In this document: piece by piece, positions 34,365-43,682 of the stretch
How positions within the stretch are numbered: the first letter of the stretch is position 1
Layout of the letters: every line of letters starts with the position of its first letter
NCBI GenBank assembly: GCA_032128875.1
Contig: JAVLKG010000002.1
Span: 864,001-928,000, forward strand
Direction of reading: 5' to 3'
Source: Candidatus Melainabacteria bacterium 17Bon1m
GTDB lineage: Bacteria > Cyanobacteriota > Vampirovibrionia > Obscuribacterales > Obscuribacteraceae
Length of the DNA: 64,000 nt
Translations under genes and position numbers: made by a program
The notes under the pieces: generated by a model
What the model saw: the letters and a program-made list of their open reading frames with translations, nothing else
Told to the model about the DNA's origin: nothing
Databases searched by the model: none

Positions 34365-36155
34365 TTAAGTTGATGCAGATGCCGGTTGAGCAGGTGCTGG
34401 TTTAGGAGCAGCCTGAGCACCAGACTTGAAGTTCCATACCATGTAGGCGCCTACGACTGCAAAGACAGCTCCTGCAATCATCCATGTCCAATCCCAGAAA
34501 GGAATATCTAGGGGATAGAAAACGCCTTTGGTGGTCGTTTCGATGTTCGACGCGCGATTCATTCTGTCGCAGAAAACGACATAGTCGTAAGCCCAGCGGT
34601 TGGTGACCAGATAGTCAACCATGCCCAAGTATTTGGGGTGATCCGGTGTAAATGTCGGGATCCAATTAACGACCCAGTCTACTGGTGACGTCATCTTGCA
34701 ATGTTCAAGAATCTGGTTGAATGCTGCATGAACTTCCGGACCGCCTTTGGCCACATAGTTGTCCTTGAGCCAATCTTGCCAGTCATTCTTATATGTAGAT
34801 GCGAAATACGTGGAGGTTGGTTGAACCTTTCGCATAGCTGCTTCGAGCTTGTCCGCTTCCGGAAGGAATGGACGCATCACACCGTAGAACCACTGTTGGA
34901 ACATGGGTCCGCGGAACATTTCCACTTTCGCCATGTAGTAATAGACGAATCCCCAGAATGCTTGCGAAGCACCGATGACTGCTATTACAAGCGCACCCTT
35001 CCATTGTTTTGCACGTTGGACTGCGTCTTTGTTTTGCCACATGAGCCAGAGCTGCAGACCCATACCTACGTTGACTGTGAGGTATGTGAAGGCTCTCCAA
35101 TACGGAGGATCGGTGTGGATGTTGGCGATGTTAGCGATGATGAGCAGTGAGAATACGATCCAGCTCACGAGAGCCATGATCACTACCCAGAATATGAATG
35201 GTCTCTTGTTGATGTCTTTCTCTGCGCCGGTCAGCCAGACATCCATGAATGGCAAGCCGACAACGATTAGAGGCAACACAATAGTGATTTCTGTTGCTAC
35301 GACAGGCTCCAGGTATTTGTACATTTGGTACAAGCCAAGGAAGTACCAGTCAGACAAAATCGGAAGCGGTGTGACGTCCGGATCTGACCGTTTACCTTGC
35401 GCAGCAGGAAGAACTATAGCTACAACAACCAACATCAGGGTGATGATGGTGCGCTTTGCCCAGCTAAGTGGAACGCGCTTATAAGCGTTTTTGTAGAAGT
35501 AGAGTTCTACAAAGATCAAAGGAATGAGAGAGAAAGCGAGGTGGATAGAGAAGAATCGTGTGATTGTCTCCTGCGTGATAGCCGCTCCGCCGCCCAGGAG
35601 AACTTCGGCTGTATTCCATCCCATGTGAATCGACTTTACGAGCGGCTGATAGAAGTCGCCCATGACCGGGAATTGGTCCATGTAAGTCGGGAATGTCGCG
35701 AATACCTTTGTCGCCCAAAACGCGCGCTGGTTCCAGATCAATAGATATCCAGTCAGACCGGAATACATTGATAGCAGAAGCGCTACAAGAGCGATTGCAA
35801 TGTTGAACTCTTTACCCGGTTTGTAATCGGCACAGATGAACATGCGATACATGCGCATCGTCGCCGCAATGATCATGGCGTCGGCACCGTACTTGTGCAT
35901 GCCCCGCATGAGACCGCCGAAAGGAATACCGTTCTGAATGTGGAGAATAGAATCAAATGCCTGCGCTTTCGTAGGTACGTACCACATGATGAGTACGCAG
36001 CCTGTGAACATAACGAGGAACCAGACCATGTAGAAGATTGGCCCTAGAGAATACCAAGGGTTTGTCTTCGCTTCCTCGCGGTGATGCTCATCGAATATAT
36101 CGATGTTGTTGATCCGCGTCTTTACCCAGTCTATGGTTGCATTTACCGCTGACAT
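34365..36155 (-). CDS. Cytochrome b #1 (fused PetB/PetD-like) with extra C-terminal TMs and a soluble insert; lacks bH ligands
   Basis: RGMHKYGA, TGYLLIWNQRAFWA, TITRFFSIH, TPLPILSDWYF; H87 and H205 present, R101 and Y219 at the second ligand positions. Confidence 0.9.
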   Translation of the reverse strand: MSAVNATIDWVKTRINNIDIFDEHHREEAKTNPWYSLGPIFYMVWFLVMFTGCVLIMWYVPTKAQAFDSILHIQNGIPFGGLMRGMHKYGADAMIIAATMRMYRMFICADYKPGKEFNIAIALVALLLSMYSGLTGYLLIWNQRAFWATKVFATFPTYMDQFPVMGDFYQPLVKSIHMGWNTAEVLLGGGAAITQETITRFFSIHLAFSLIPLIFVELYFYKNAYKRVPLSWAKRTIITLMLVVVAIVLPAAQGKRSDPDVTPLPILSDWYFLGLYQMYKYLEPVVATEITIVLPLIVVGLPFMDVWLTGAEKDINKRPFIFWVVIMALVSWIVFSLLIIANIANIHTDPPYWRAFTYLTVNVGMGLQLWLMWQNKDAVQRAKQWKGALVIAVIGASQAFWGFVYYYMAKVEMFRGPMFQQWFYGVMRPFLPEADKLEAAMRKVQPTSTYFASTYKNDWQDWLKDNYVAKGGPEVHAAFNQILEHCKMTSPVDWVVNWIPTFTPDHPKYLGMVDYLVTNRWAYDYVVFCDRMNRASNIETTTKGVFYPLDIPFWDWTWMIAGAVFAVVGAYMVWNFKSGAQAAPKPAPAQPASAST

Positions 36156-36172
36156 GTTATCGATTGACTCCC

Positions 36173-36736
36173 TCAGGCGATTGAACCGGCTTCCAAACCA
36201 ACGATCTTATACGCATTGCCCTCTTTCTTGAGGTCAAACTTACGCGGCGGGCGCGGCGCAGGCCCAGAAACTACTTTGCCGTTTTGGGCAATGTCGTAAA
36301 CGCTCAAGTGGCAAGGGCATGCAAAAACGGGACCTTGTGGTTTGAAGTTGTAACCCTTGGCACATTCCGAAGGGTCTTTGACAAAGTTGAACACACAACC
36401 AAGGTGCGGGCAAATGCGGCTGTAGGCGACCACATCACCGGACGGCAATTTGACAATGAATCCGGGGATTTCGCGGACTTCTTTACCTTCAGGGTTGTAC
36501 TCGACATATTTCTGCTTGAACATGAAGTCAATGCATGTCCACTCTGACGGGAAGTCCGAATCGCTGAAGGAAACGTCTTCTTCAGGTCCGGGTTGATCGG
36601 AAGGTCCAAAAACGTCCAGAGGCTTCAGCGTTGGACGCATGTACCTCAGCAACGGCGATATGACCAGACCAAACGTGGCGGCGAGCGGAATAGCTGCCAG
36701 AGTCTTCAGAATAATTCTTCTATTTGTGCCTTCCAT
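36173..36736 (-). CDS. Rieske [2Fe-2S] subunit of a bc-type complex
   Basis: Tat-like NRRIILK + TM; CPHLGC and CPCHLSVY; GPAPRP; start ATG 36736 after GGAG. Confidence 0.93.
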   Translation of the reverse strand: MEGTNRRIILKTLAAIPLAATFGLVISPLLRYMRPTLKPLDVFGPSDQPGPEEDVSFSDSDFPSEWTCIDFMFKQKYVEYNPEGKEVREIPGFIVKLPSGDVVAYSRICPHLGCVFNFVKDPSECAKGYNFKPQGPVFACPCHLSVYDIAQNGKVVSGPAPRPPRKFDLKKEGNAYKIVGLEAGSIA

Positions 36737-36749
36737 TTTTCGAACTCCG

Positions 36750-37688
36750 TTACTTTGTCTCGCCCTGAGGCTTAGCTTCTTCGGGTTTAGCATCAGCGGG
36801 TTTGTCTTCCGCCGGCTTAGCATCTTTGGTCTTGGCGCCTTCTTTGGTGTTATCGATTGGAGCGCCTACCGTTGGCGAGCCTATATTTGCCTCGGCGATT
36901 TGTTTGTTGGTTGAGTGGAATGCACGCACGTAGGCTACGAGCTTCCAAATATAAGCCTCATCGAATTTAACTTCTTTGGCTTTGTCCTCCTTGCCGAGGA
37001 AATTGGGCATCCCTTCCCACTTTATGCCATTTGCGATGTGATCCCATAGGATATCGTCGGTTCTGTCGTAAAAACGCTTATAGTTTTGGAAGTTGGCTGG
37101 GTTGGGCTCGAGTACGTTGTACTTGTTGAGCGGACCGTCGCCATAACCCTTAGGACCGTGACAGACTGCGCAATTCGCGCCGTATACAGGGGTGACTTTG
37201 GAGTATTCCTTCGCATCCAAAAGCGGTGCTGAGAGAGAGCGAACGTAATAAACAAGGTTCCAAGTCTTCTGGCTGGAGATGTCAGCCAAGGTCGTTGGGT
37301 GCTTGACGCCGTCTTTGCCGAATGCGAGGAACATATATTGATCGATCGGCTTTTGTTTGTGACCGTACTCAGGCGAGGTGAGGTCGATTGCCGATTTGCC
37401 GCTGACGCCTTTTCCGCCCGTGCCGTGGCACTCAGCGCAAGAAAGCTTTTCATAGACTACTTTGCCGTCCGGCTCGGATGGTTTGTCATCCGGGTAAATG
37501 GCCTCTCTTCCACCCTTGGTTACGTCTTTGGAAACCAGTTGTGAATCGTCACCTTTGACGGTGACTTGATTGCCGCATCCTGTAACTAGTGTCACCGCAG
37601 GTAACACCACTAGCAAAAGTGCCAGCAAGGATGTCGACAACCCGGCGAATGTTTCAAACGTAAAAACTGGTTTTTTGGAACGTGTCAT
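36750..37688 (-). CDS. Dihaem cytochrome c lipoprotein
   Basis: Lipobox LVTG-C; CAECH and CAVCH; GMP in domain 2. Confidence 0.9.
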   Translation of the reverse strand: MTRSKKPVFTFETFAGLSTSLLALLLVVLPAVTLVTGCGNQVTVKGDDSQLVSKDVTKGGREAIYPDDKPSEPDGKVVYEKLSCAECHGTGGKGVSGKSAIDLTSPEYGHKQKPIDQYMFLAFGKDGVKHPTTLADISSQKTWNLVYYVRSLSAPLLDAKEYSKVTPVYGANCAVCHGPKGYGDGPLNKYNVLEPNPANFQNYKRFYDRTDDILWDHIANGIKWEGMPNFLGKEDKAKEVKFDEAYIWKLVAYVRAFHSTNKQIAEANIGSPTVGAPIDNTKEGAKTKDAKPAEDKPADAKPEEAKPQGETK

Positions 37689-37695
37689 AACTCAC

Positions 37696-37941
37696 TCAGT
37701 AACCGAAGAAAGGAATCCAGGAGAACATTGCCCAAAGAACAATGAAGAAGAAGCACACAATGAGAAACAGGGGAGGCGGACCTTCACCAATACGGTATTC
37801 AGAAACTACTTCATAATGTTCATCTGCCGAGGGCGCGGCTGCGGCAGCTTTAGCAACTGCTGCGGGTTTGGCGGCAGGTTTTTCTTCAGCAGATTTCTCC
37901 GCCTTAACCTCGTCCCCGTTGTTTTTCACTTCTTCAGCCAT
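37696..37941 (-). CDS. Small single-TM protein resembling the CcoP N-terminal helix
   Basis: HYEVVSEY...PPPLFLIVCFFFIVLWAM; GAGG RBS. Confidence 0.7.
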   Translation of the reverse strand: MAEEVKNNGDEVKAEKSAEEKPAAKPAAVAKAAAAAPSADEHYEVVSEYRIGEGPPPLFLIVCFFFIVLWAMFSWIPFFGY

Positions 37942-37967
37942 TTCCTACCTCTTTGTGCGCAAATTTT

Positions 37968-38216
37968 TTACTTGTTGGCCGTCGATGCACTGAGCCTGAT
38001 CCTTTCAACTGCTGCCAGCGCTTTTTGGCCAGTAGTGTTGTCGTCGCCGTCGTCAAGCATGTCGAACTTTACGTCCTCCATGTTTTCAAACTCACCGTTT
38101 TTGAAGGCCCACAAAATTGCTGCAATAGCCATTACAAAAAACAGGATGCAAATGAAGAAGGCGACGTATATTCCCGAGCTCAGACCTTGCTGGTTGAGAA
38201 TGCAATTAGGACACAT
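37968..38216 (-). CDS. ccoS: cbb3-type oxidase assembly protein CcoS
   Basis: TM followed by LWAFKNGEFENME (CcoS W-A-x-x-x-G-Q/E-F-D/E pattern); GGAGG RBS. Confidence 0.8.
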   Translation of the reverse strand: MCPNCILNQQGLSSGIYVAFFICILFFVMAIAAILWAFKNGEFENMEDVKFDMLDDGDDNTTGQKALAAVERIRLSASTANK

Positions 38217-39295
38217 TAGTGGCCTCCTTCTTTTGTGGACGTGCCGCTGGTTGTGGTACCAGTACTGGTGCCTTCAGGAGATGAAGGTGTTGAAGGTTGC
38301 GGCATTTTGTGTTCGGATGGGCTCATGTTGTCACCTTCCGCCTGATGTCCGTGTCCGCCGTGGTGAGGTTCGTACTGCTGGTTAGACAACTTAGGCAGAT
38401 GGATATCTTCAACTTTGTTGATCTGACCGATACTGTTGATAGTTACCTCTTGGTCTTGAGGGATCGTCTTCAAGTATGCAACCAGGTACCAGCGTTGCTC
38501 TTCGGTAAGCGTTTCGGCCCAACGCGGCATCCGCGTTCCTACAATACCTTCTGAGATTCTGTAGAACCAGAATTCGTCGGAGTATTGCTTGTAGTATGGG
38601 CGGCTGAAATTTGGCGGTTTCTTTTCTAGAGAAAGTGAATTCGGACCTTCTCCGTAGCCGTTCAAACCGTGGCAAACAGCACAGTTCTGCGTATAAATAC
38701 CTCTGCCAGCATTAGCGTTGGCACTGGCATTGGTGTCAACTGTTTTACGGTTGTGCAATGCCACACCGGCTGGTGTAGTAGTTCTGTATTCGTCAGGAGC
38801 TTCGACGAATTCTTTCACCTGGCGACCGTTGCCCAAGCACTGTACATACGCGACCAGGTCGTTCATGTCCCGCTCGGACAGGTAGCTGAAGCTAGGCATG
38901 ATCGAGCCGGGTTTGACAGCGCGTGGTTGGATCAAGTGAGCTTTCTGCCACTCTGAAGCCATGCGTCCGCCTTCATTGGTCAAGTCCGGACCGGTACGGG
39001 CAGTGCCCAATTGGTGCGGTGTTTCCCAGATGAAGTCGCCCGCTTTGACGAGTGGACCATAACCTCTGTCTTGCAGACGGGTGAATTGAGTATGGCAATA
39101 GAAGCAGCCTTCCCTTACATATATTTTCCTTCCGCGAGCTGCATCTGCGACATTGGAAGCGACTTTGGTGTAGTCGTTGCTTCTGTGCTCTTTATCCGTT
39201 GGATTGAACAGCACCATCGGCAGAAGAACCGTGGAGAAAATGATGATGAAGAAAGTGGTGACGATACCGATTGCACCTAAACGATAGCTGTGCAT
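38216..39295 (-). CDS. ccoO: cbb3-type oxidase subunit II fused to a second cytochrome c domain
   Basis: GRKIYVREGCFYCHTQ, GTARTGPDL, HLIQPR, GSIMPSF; second CAVCH...GTRMP; His-rich tail. Confidence 0.92.
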   Translation of the reverse strand: MHSYRLGAIGIVTTFFIIIFSTVLLPMVLFNPTDKEHRSNDYTKVASNVADAARGRKIYVREGCFYCHTQFTRLQDRGYGPLVKAGDFIWETPHQLGTARTGPDLTNEGGRMASEWQKAHLIQPRAVKPGSIMPSFSYLSERDMNDLVAYVQCLGNGRQVKEFVEAPDEYRTTTPAGVALHNRKTVDTNASANANAGRGIYTQNCAVCHGLNGYGEGPNSLSLEKKPPNFSRPYYKQYSDEFWFYRISEGIVGTRMPRWAETLTEEQRWYLVAYLKTIPQDQEVTINSIGQINKVEDIHLPKLSNQQYEPHHGGHGHQAEGDNMSPSEHKMPQPSTPSSPEGTSTGTTTSGTSTKEGGH

Positions 39296-40701
39296 TACGC
39301 TTTCACCTCCGCTGCCTTAGCTGCAGGTGCAACTGATGCGGCAGGTTTTGTGTAAAGCGTCTTCCAGACGTTGTACGCAAACAGAAGTTGTCCCAAGACA
39401 ATCATGATTCCACTAATGCCTCTAAAGAACCAATAAGGTCTGATCTGCAATCCCCACTGATCGACAGGCATACCCATAGCCCAGCCAGCTGATTGAATCA
39501 AACCGGCAATGGTGAGCGATGTCATCATCAGGAGGAAGCCCAGGAATTTCAGCCAGTAGTGAGCGCGGATCAAACCTTGGCTGTAAAACTCTCTTCCGGT
39601 CAATTTCGGCAACGAATAATAAATTGCCGAAGTGAGGATAAAGGAGAAGGTTCCCAGAAGAGCAAGGTGGGCATGGCCTACAACCCATTGGGTGAAGTGT
39701 AAGTACCAGTTGACCCAGCGTGTCGCCTGGAACGGACCCTGTATGCAGGTGACCAGATAGAACATGCAGGATGTCACTGCAAAACGCAGTGGCAAATCGG
39801 TGACTGCCTGCCCCCAGCGACCCTTCATTGTCATGAAGAAGTTCGTCAATACGGTGAGTACAGGAACTAAAAGGAATATCGATGAAATGATTGCAATCGC
39901 TTTGAGCCATTCCGGTACAGGCGATTGGGTGATGTGGTGAGTACCGGTCGGAGCATAGAACAGAGCGATTCCCCAGAAACCCAACATTGACAAGCCATGG
40001 CTGTAGAGTGGCGCTTGGGTCAATCTGGGAAGCAGGTAATACATCATGCCTACGCCGACTGTGGTGAACCACATGCCCAGAATGTTGTGTCCGTAGAACC
40101 AACCGACGATCGCGTCGTTGAGCCCGGGCAAGGCAACGAAAGTTCTCTGTCCGATGATCCACACTAGCGGGAACCAGAACAGAGAACCGAGGAAATACCA
40201 GAGAGTCACATACAGTTTTTTGACTCTTCTGTTGAGGATGGTCATGTAGATGTTCAGCGCTACAGACACCAGAGCGACTGCTACGAGTACGTCGAGGATC
40301 GCTCCGAGTTCCGCATATTCCCGACCTTCGGTGTTGCCATTGAGCAGAGTGCAGAAGGCGGCGACAATCACCAGGTTCCAGGCCCACATGGTCATGTTCC
40401 CGAGCCTCTCTGACCAAAGCTTGGTCTTACAGAGATTTGGAACCATGTAGAAGATGGAGCCTACATATCCCATCGATAGCCAACCTACCGCTACAGCGTT
40501 GACGTGGAACATTCGCATATGCGGAAATGCCAACTGCGGCACGTTTTTAACCAGGTCGGGCATGGAAAACTCCAACCCGCCGATCATTCCTGCCCCCATG
40601 CCCCACAGTGACCACCACAGAGCGGATAGGAAGAAATTACGACTGGCGCTGCCCTCTTTATTGCTGAAAAGCTTGTCTGCAACAGAACTCAACTTGGACA
40701 C
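39295..40701 (-). CDS. ccoN: cbb3-type (C-family) haem-copper oxidase subunit I
   Basis: RMFHVNAV, EGREYAE, WFYGHNILG, LYS, FY...GTHH, WVVGHAHLALLG. Confidence 0.95.
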   Translation of the reverse strand: MSKLSSVADKLFSNKEGSASRNFFLSALWWSLWGMGAGMIGGLEFSMPDLVKNVPQLAFPHMRMFHVNAVAVGWLSMGYVGSIFYMVPNLCKTKLWSERLGNMTMWAWNLVIVAAFCTLLNGNTEGREYAELGAILDVLVAVALVSVALNIYMTILNRRVKKLYVTLWYFLGSLFWFPLVWIIGQRTFVALPGLNDAIVGWFYGHNILGMWFTTVGVGMMYYLLPRLTQAPLYSHGLSMLGFWGIALFYAPTGTHHITQSPVPEWLKAIAIISSIFLLVPVLTVLTNFFMTMKGRWGQAVTDLPLRFAVTSCMFYLVTCIQGPFQATRWVNWYLHFTQWVVGHAHLALLGTFSFILTSAIYYSLPKLTGREFYSQGLIRAHYWLKFLGFLLMMTSLTIAGLIQSAGWAMGMPVDQWGLQIRPYWFFRGISGIMIVLGQLLFAYNVWKTLYTKPAASVAPAAKAAEVKA

Positions 40702-41171
40702 CCCATATAGGCGCTAGGCCGATAGCGAAAATCCCATCAGAGCGCCCCAAGGGCTGCCGATTTGGCAAAAGCAGGTTTTTTGGGAAACCACTCTTAAAAG
40801 AGATCTTCATGACGCAGCGCCAATTTTAGATTAATGACATCCGCCTGAAAGGTCCGTTGTTTGATGATTTTTCACACACTTTTTCTTTAACCTACGAAAT
40901 AACGTCGTTAAAAACGAACCGAAAAAGATCTTTCATTCGATACAAACCGTAATGTGTTTGCCAAGTTGCCGTGAAGCTTTCAGTCACTTACAACCGCGAT
41001 GCAACTTAGGACATCTTTGACACCTACATTCGATATCGAATGAGAAAGACCCCACTACCTTATGTAGAGGCTGATTTTCGACGTAATTTTTTCGCTCTTG
41101 TAAAGCTTCGAATTTTGTCGATGTCAGTGTCCAATTACCGCAGCAAGATGTCTTGCTGCGCCATCTTTTTA

Positions 41172-41924
41172 TTAGGCGCCGCCTGATTGTTTTTCCGTCT
41201 TGAAGTTTTCTTCCTTGATTCTTTCTTTTTCCAGCCGCTCGGCTTCGAGCTTTTCTTTGCGCGCTTGAGCCGCCTGCTCTTTTTTGCGTTTCTTTTCCTC
41301 TGCTTCGGCAATAGCTTCCGGGCGCAGATCAATAGAGTTGTACTGGTTCATCGCTTTTAGCGTGCCTTCGTTTATCCAGGTAAACAAGCACTTCTTCGCA
41401 AGGTCTTGAGTTTGAGCAAGCAAATCTTGCTGCGCCTCTGGAATCCGGGAAAGTACAAACGAAGCGCGTTTGTCGCCGCCAGGATCGGGACCTACACCGA
41501 ATTTCAAACGAACTATCGATGTGTCTCCTCCCAGGCATTGAATTATGGATTCGACTCCATGCTGCCCCCCGGCACCCCCTCCGTTCTGCACCCGGAGTTT
41601 GCCAAGCGGCAAGGCGACGTCGTCATGGACGACTATGAAAGAGGAAACCGGCAGTTTGAACCATTGCTTAACCGCTACCAGACATTCTCCAGACAGGTTC
41701 ATATATGTCATGGGTTTGACCAGCATTATCGTTTTGCCGCGGTAGGAAAACTTCGAAAAGTCGCATTTCAGGCGGCTGTTGCTGGCGGGCTCCGCACCAT
41801 TTGCAGTACCAATGGCATCTACAACCATGAATCCCATGTTATGACGGGTACGCGCGTATTCTGCACCTGGGTTGCCGAGCCCCACAATCACTCTGGTTTC
41901 GTTGTCGTTATTTTGGTCAGCCAT
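41172..41924 (-). CDS. pth: Peptidyl-tRNA hydrolase with charged C-terminal tail
   Basis: IVGLGNPG.EY..TRHNMGF, KPMTYMNLSG, VVHDD, RLKFGVG; start ATG 41924. Confidence 0.93.
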   Translation of the reverse strand: MADQNNDNETRVIVGLGNPGAEYARTRHNMGFMVVDAIGTANGAEPASNSRLKCDFSKFSYRGKTIMLVKPMTYMNLSGECLVAVKQWFKLPVSSFIVVHDDVALPLGKLRVQNGGGAGGQHGVESIIQCLGGDTSIVRLKFGVGPDPGGDKRASFVLSRIPEAQQDLLAQTQDLAKKCLFTWINEGTLKAMNQYNSIDLRPEAIAEAEEKKRKKEQAAQARKEKLEAERLEKERIKEENFKTEKQSGGA

Positions 41925-42190
41925 CTTTAATCTGTGTAATGCATTGCTTTTGAAATTCACTGTTGCCGCCTCTATTTGCACGGACGGACGGCCGGGCACC
42001 CGGGCTTATGAGAAACAATATTAATAGATAGAACGCACTTCAAGTTTGGGCAACGTTTAAACTATAAAATTGTTTGGCGCACACACGTTATTGCGCTATT
42101 TAGACAGCGTTCTTCAATGCGCGCGGTTCCAGCAATAACCTATTACGTGCTTGAAAACAATCACTCCCACTCAGACATAGAGTTAAAGGC

Positions 42191-43609
42191 ATGACTGAAA
42201 GCGAAGCCAATTTCCCCTATTTGCCGCATACCGACGCAGAGCGCAAAGAGATGCTCAAGACAATCGGTGTTGCGTCCTTCGAAGAGCTCGTCAAGCACAT
42301 TCCCGAAAAGCTGAGAGCGAAGGCACTCAACTTGCGAAGCGGAATGAGCGAGCAAGAATTGGCGAAAGAAGTTCAGGCGATATCCAATCGCAATATGCCT
42401 GCCTCACGCCAAGCCAGTTTCCTTGGTGGCGGCTCTTATCGCAGATATGTTCCGGCAATTGTCGGCAATATTCTCTCGCGTGGTGAGTTCTCTACCGCTT
42501 ACACGCCCTACCAACCTGAAGTCAGCCAGGGCACTCTACAAGCCATTTACGAGTTTCAAACTGCAATTTGTCTTTTGACCGGAATGGAAGTCGCCAATGC
42601 TTCCATGTACGACGGACCGACAGCACTAGCGGAAGCATGCTTGATGTCCAGCCGTTTGAGCACGAAAGAAAAAATCGTCGTTGCTTCTTGCGTCAATCCG
42701 GAATACAGAGAAGTCGTCCGCACCTACTGCGATTCCTGTGGGCTCGAGTATCAAGAAGCAGCGCTTTCGGGTGGCGAAGCTGATTTGTCGAAATTGCCTA
42801 TTGATGACAAGACCAGCTGCGTTGTCGTTCAATATCCAAATTACTTCGGTGTTCTTGAAGATCTCGAAGGACTTTCGCAAAAAGTGCATGCTGTTGGAGC
42901 GCACTTGATTGTTGTGTCCGAGCCCATCTCGCTTGGTTTGCTTACTGCGCCTGGTGAATTCGGCGCCGACATTGTTGTTGGTGACGCGCAGCCTTGCGGT
43001 AACTCGCTCTCGTTCGGCGGACCTTCGGCCGGATACATGGCTACCAAAAAGGAATTTATCCGCCAACTTCCGGGACGTCTTTGCGGCGTCACTGTCGACA
43101 ATCGCGGACAGAGAGCCTTTACTCTCACATTGCAGACACGCGAACAACACATTCGCCGCGCTAAAGCGACGTCGAATATTTGCACCAACCAAGCTTTGAA
43201 CGCTCTGGCTATGCTGGTTTATATCGTCAGTGTCGGACCGGTTGGATTGAAGGAGCTCGCTAATATCAGCTTGCAACGCGCACACAGTCTCAAAGAAAGA
43301 CTTACTGCAATCAGCGGAATCGAAGCACCTTTCTCGCAACCGTTCTTCAATGAATTCGTGATCAAGACCAGCCAGCCTGCAGCTCAGGTTCTTGATGAAT
43401 TGAAGGCAGAAGGAATTTTGGGCGGTATTGATCTTTCGTTCTTTTATCCGGAACTGAAGAATCACTTGCTCGTCTCAGTCACTGAAATGAACTCCCCCGA
43501 AGATCTCGATCGATATGTTTCGGCGATGGAGCGCATCGTAAAAGGTGGCTTGAAAACCCGCGATAAGGAAGCTGTGGGCAGCGCTGCGGCAAAAACCGGC
43601 GGCAGATAA
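42191..43609 (+). CDS. gcvPA: Glycine dehydrogenase (decarboxylating) subunit 1
   Basis: YLPHT, TAYTPYQPEVSQGTLQAIYEFQ, ANASMYDG, LQTREQHIRRAKATSNICTNQ. Confidence 0.96.
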   Translation: MTESEANFPYLPHTDAERKEMLKTIGVASFEELVKHIPEKLRAKALNLRSGMSEQELAKEVQAISNRNMPASRQASFLGGGSYRRYVPAIVGNILSRGEFSTAYTPYQPEVSQGTLQAIYEFQTAICLLTGMEVANASMYDGPTALAEACLMSSRLSTKEKIVVASCVNPEYREVVRTYCDSCGLEYQEAALSGGEADLSKLPIDDKTSCVVVQYPNYFGVLEDLEGLSQKVHAVGAHLIVVSEPISLGLLTAPGEFGADIVVGDAQPCGNSLSFGGPSAGYMATKKEFIRQLPGRLCGVTVDNRGQRAFTLTLQTREQHIRRAKATSNICTNQALNALAMLVYIVSVGPVGLKELANISLQRAHSLKERLTAISGIEAPFSQPFFNEFVIKTSQPAAQVLDELKAEGILGGIDLSFFYPELKNHLLVSVTEMNSPEDLDRYVSAMERIVKGGLKTRDKEAVGSAAAKTGGR

Positions 43610-43682
43610 AAGCCAGTCTTTACTGAAGCCTGTATAATCGACACTGTCTAATTATTTCGAGATCGAGGCAAAAACCGACTCC

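Noticed and set aside
37570-40417. Long alternative ORFs 37570-38385 (+) and 39422-40417 (-)
   Set aside because: Overlap clearly identified cco genes; composition typical of off-frame reading
39295-40701. Nitric oxide reductase NorB as an alternative to CcoN
   Set aside because: Has GHNILG and a helix VII Tyr (C-family oxidase), not HLWVE; ccoO and ccoS are adjacent
40702-41170. FNR/CRP/Rex site upstream of ccoN (TTGATGATTTTTCACAC; GTGAAGCTTTCA)
   Set aside because: Only half-site matches; not supportable without a motif scan
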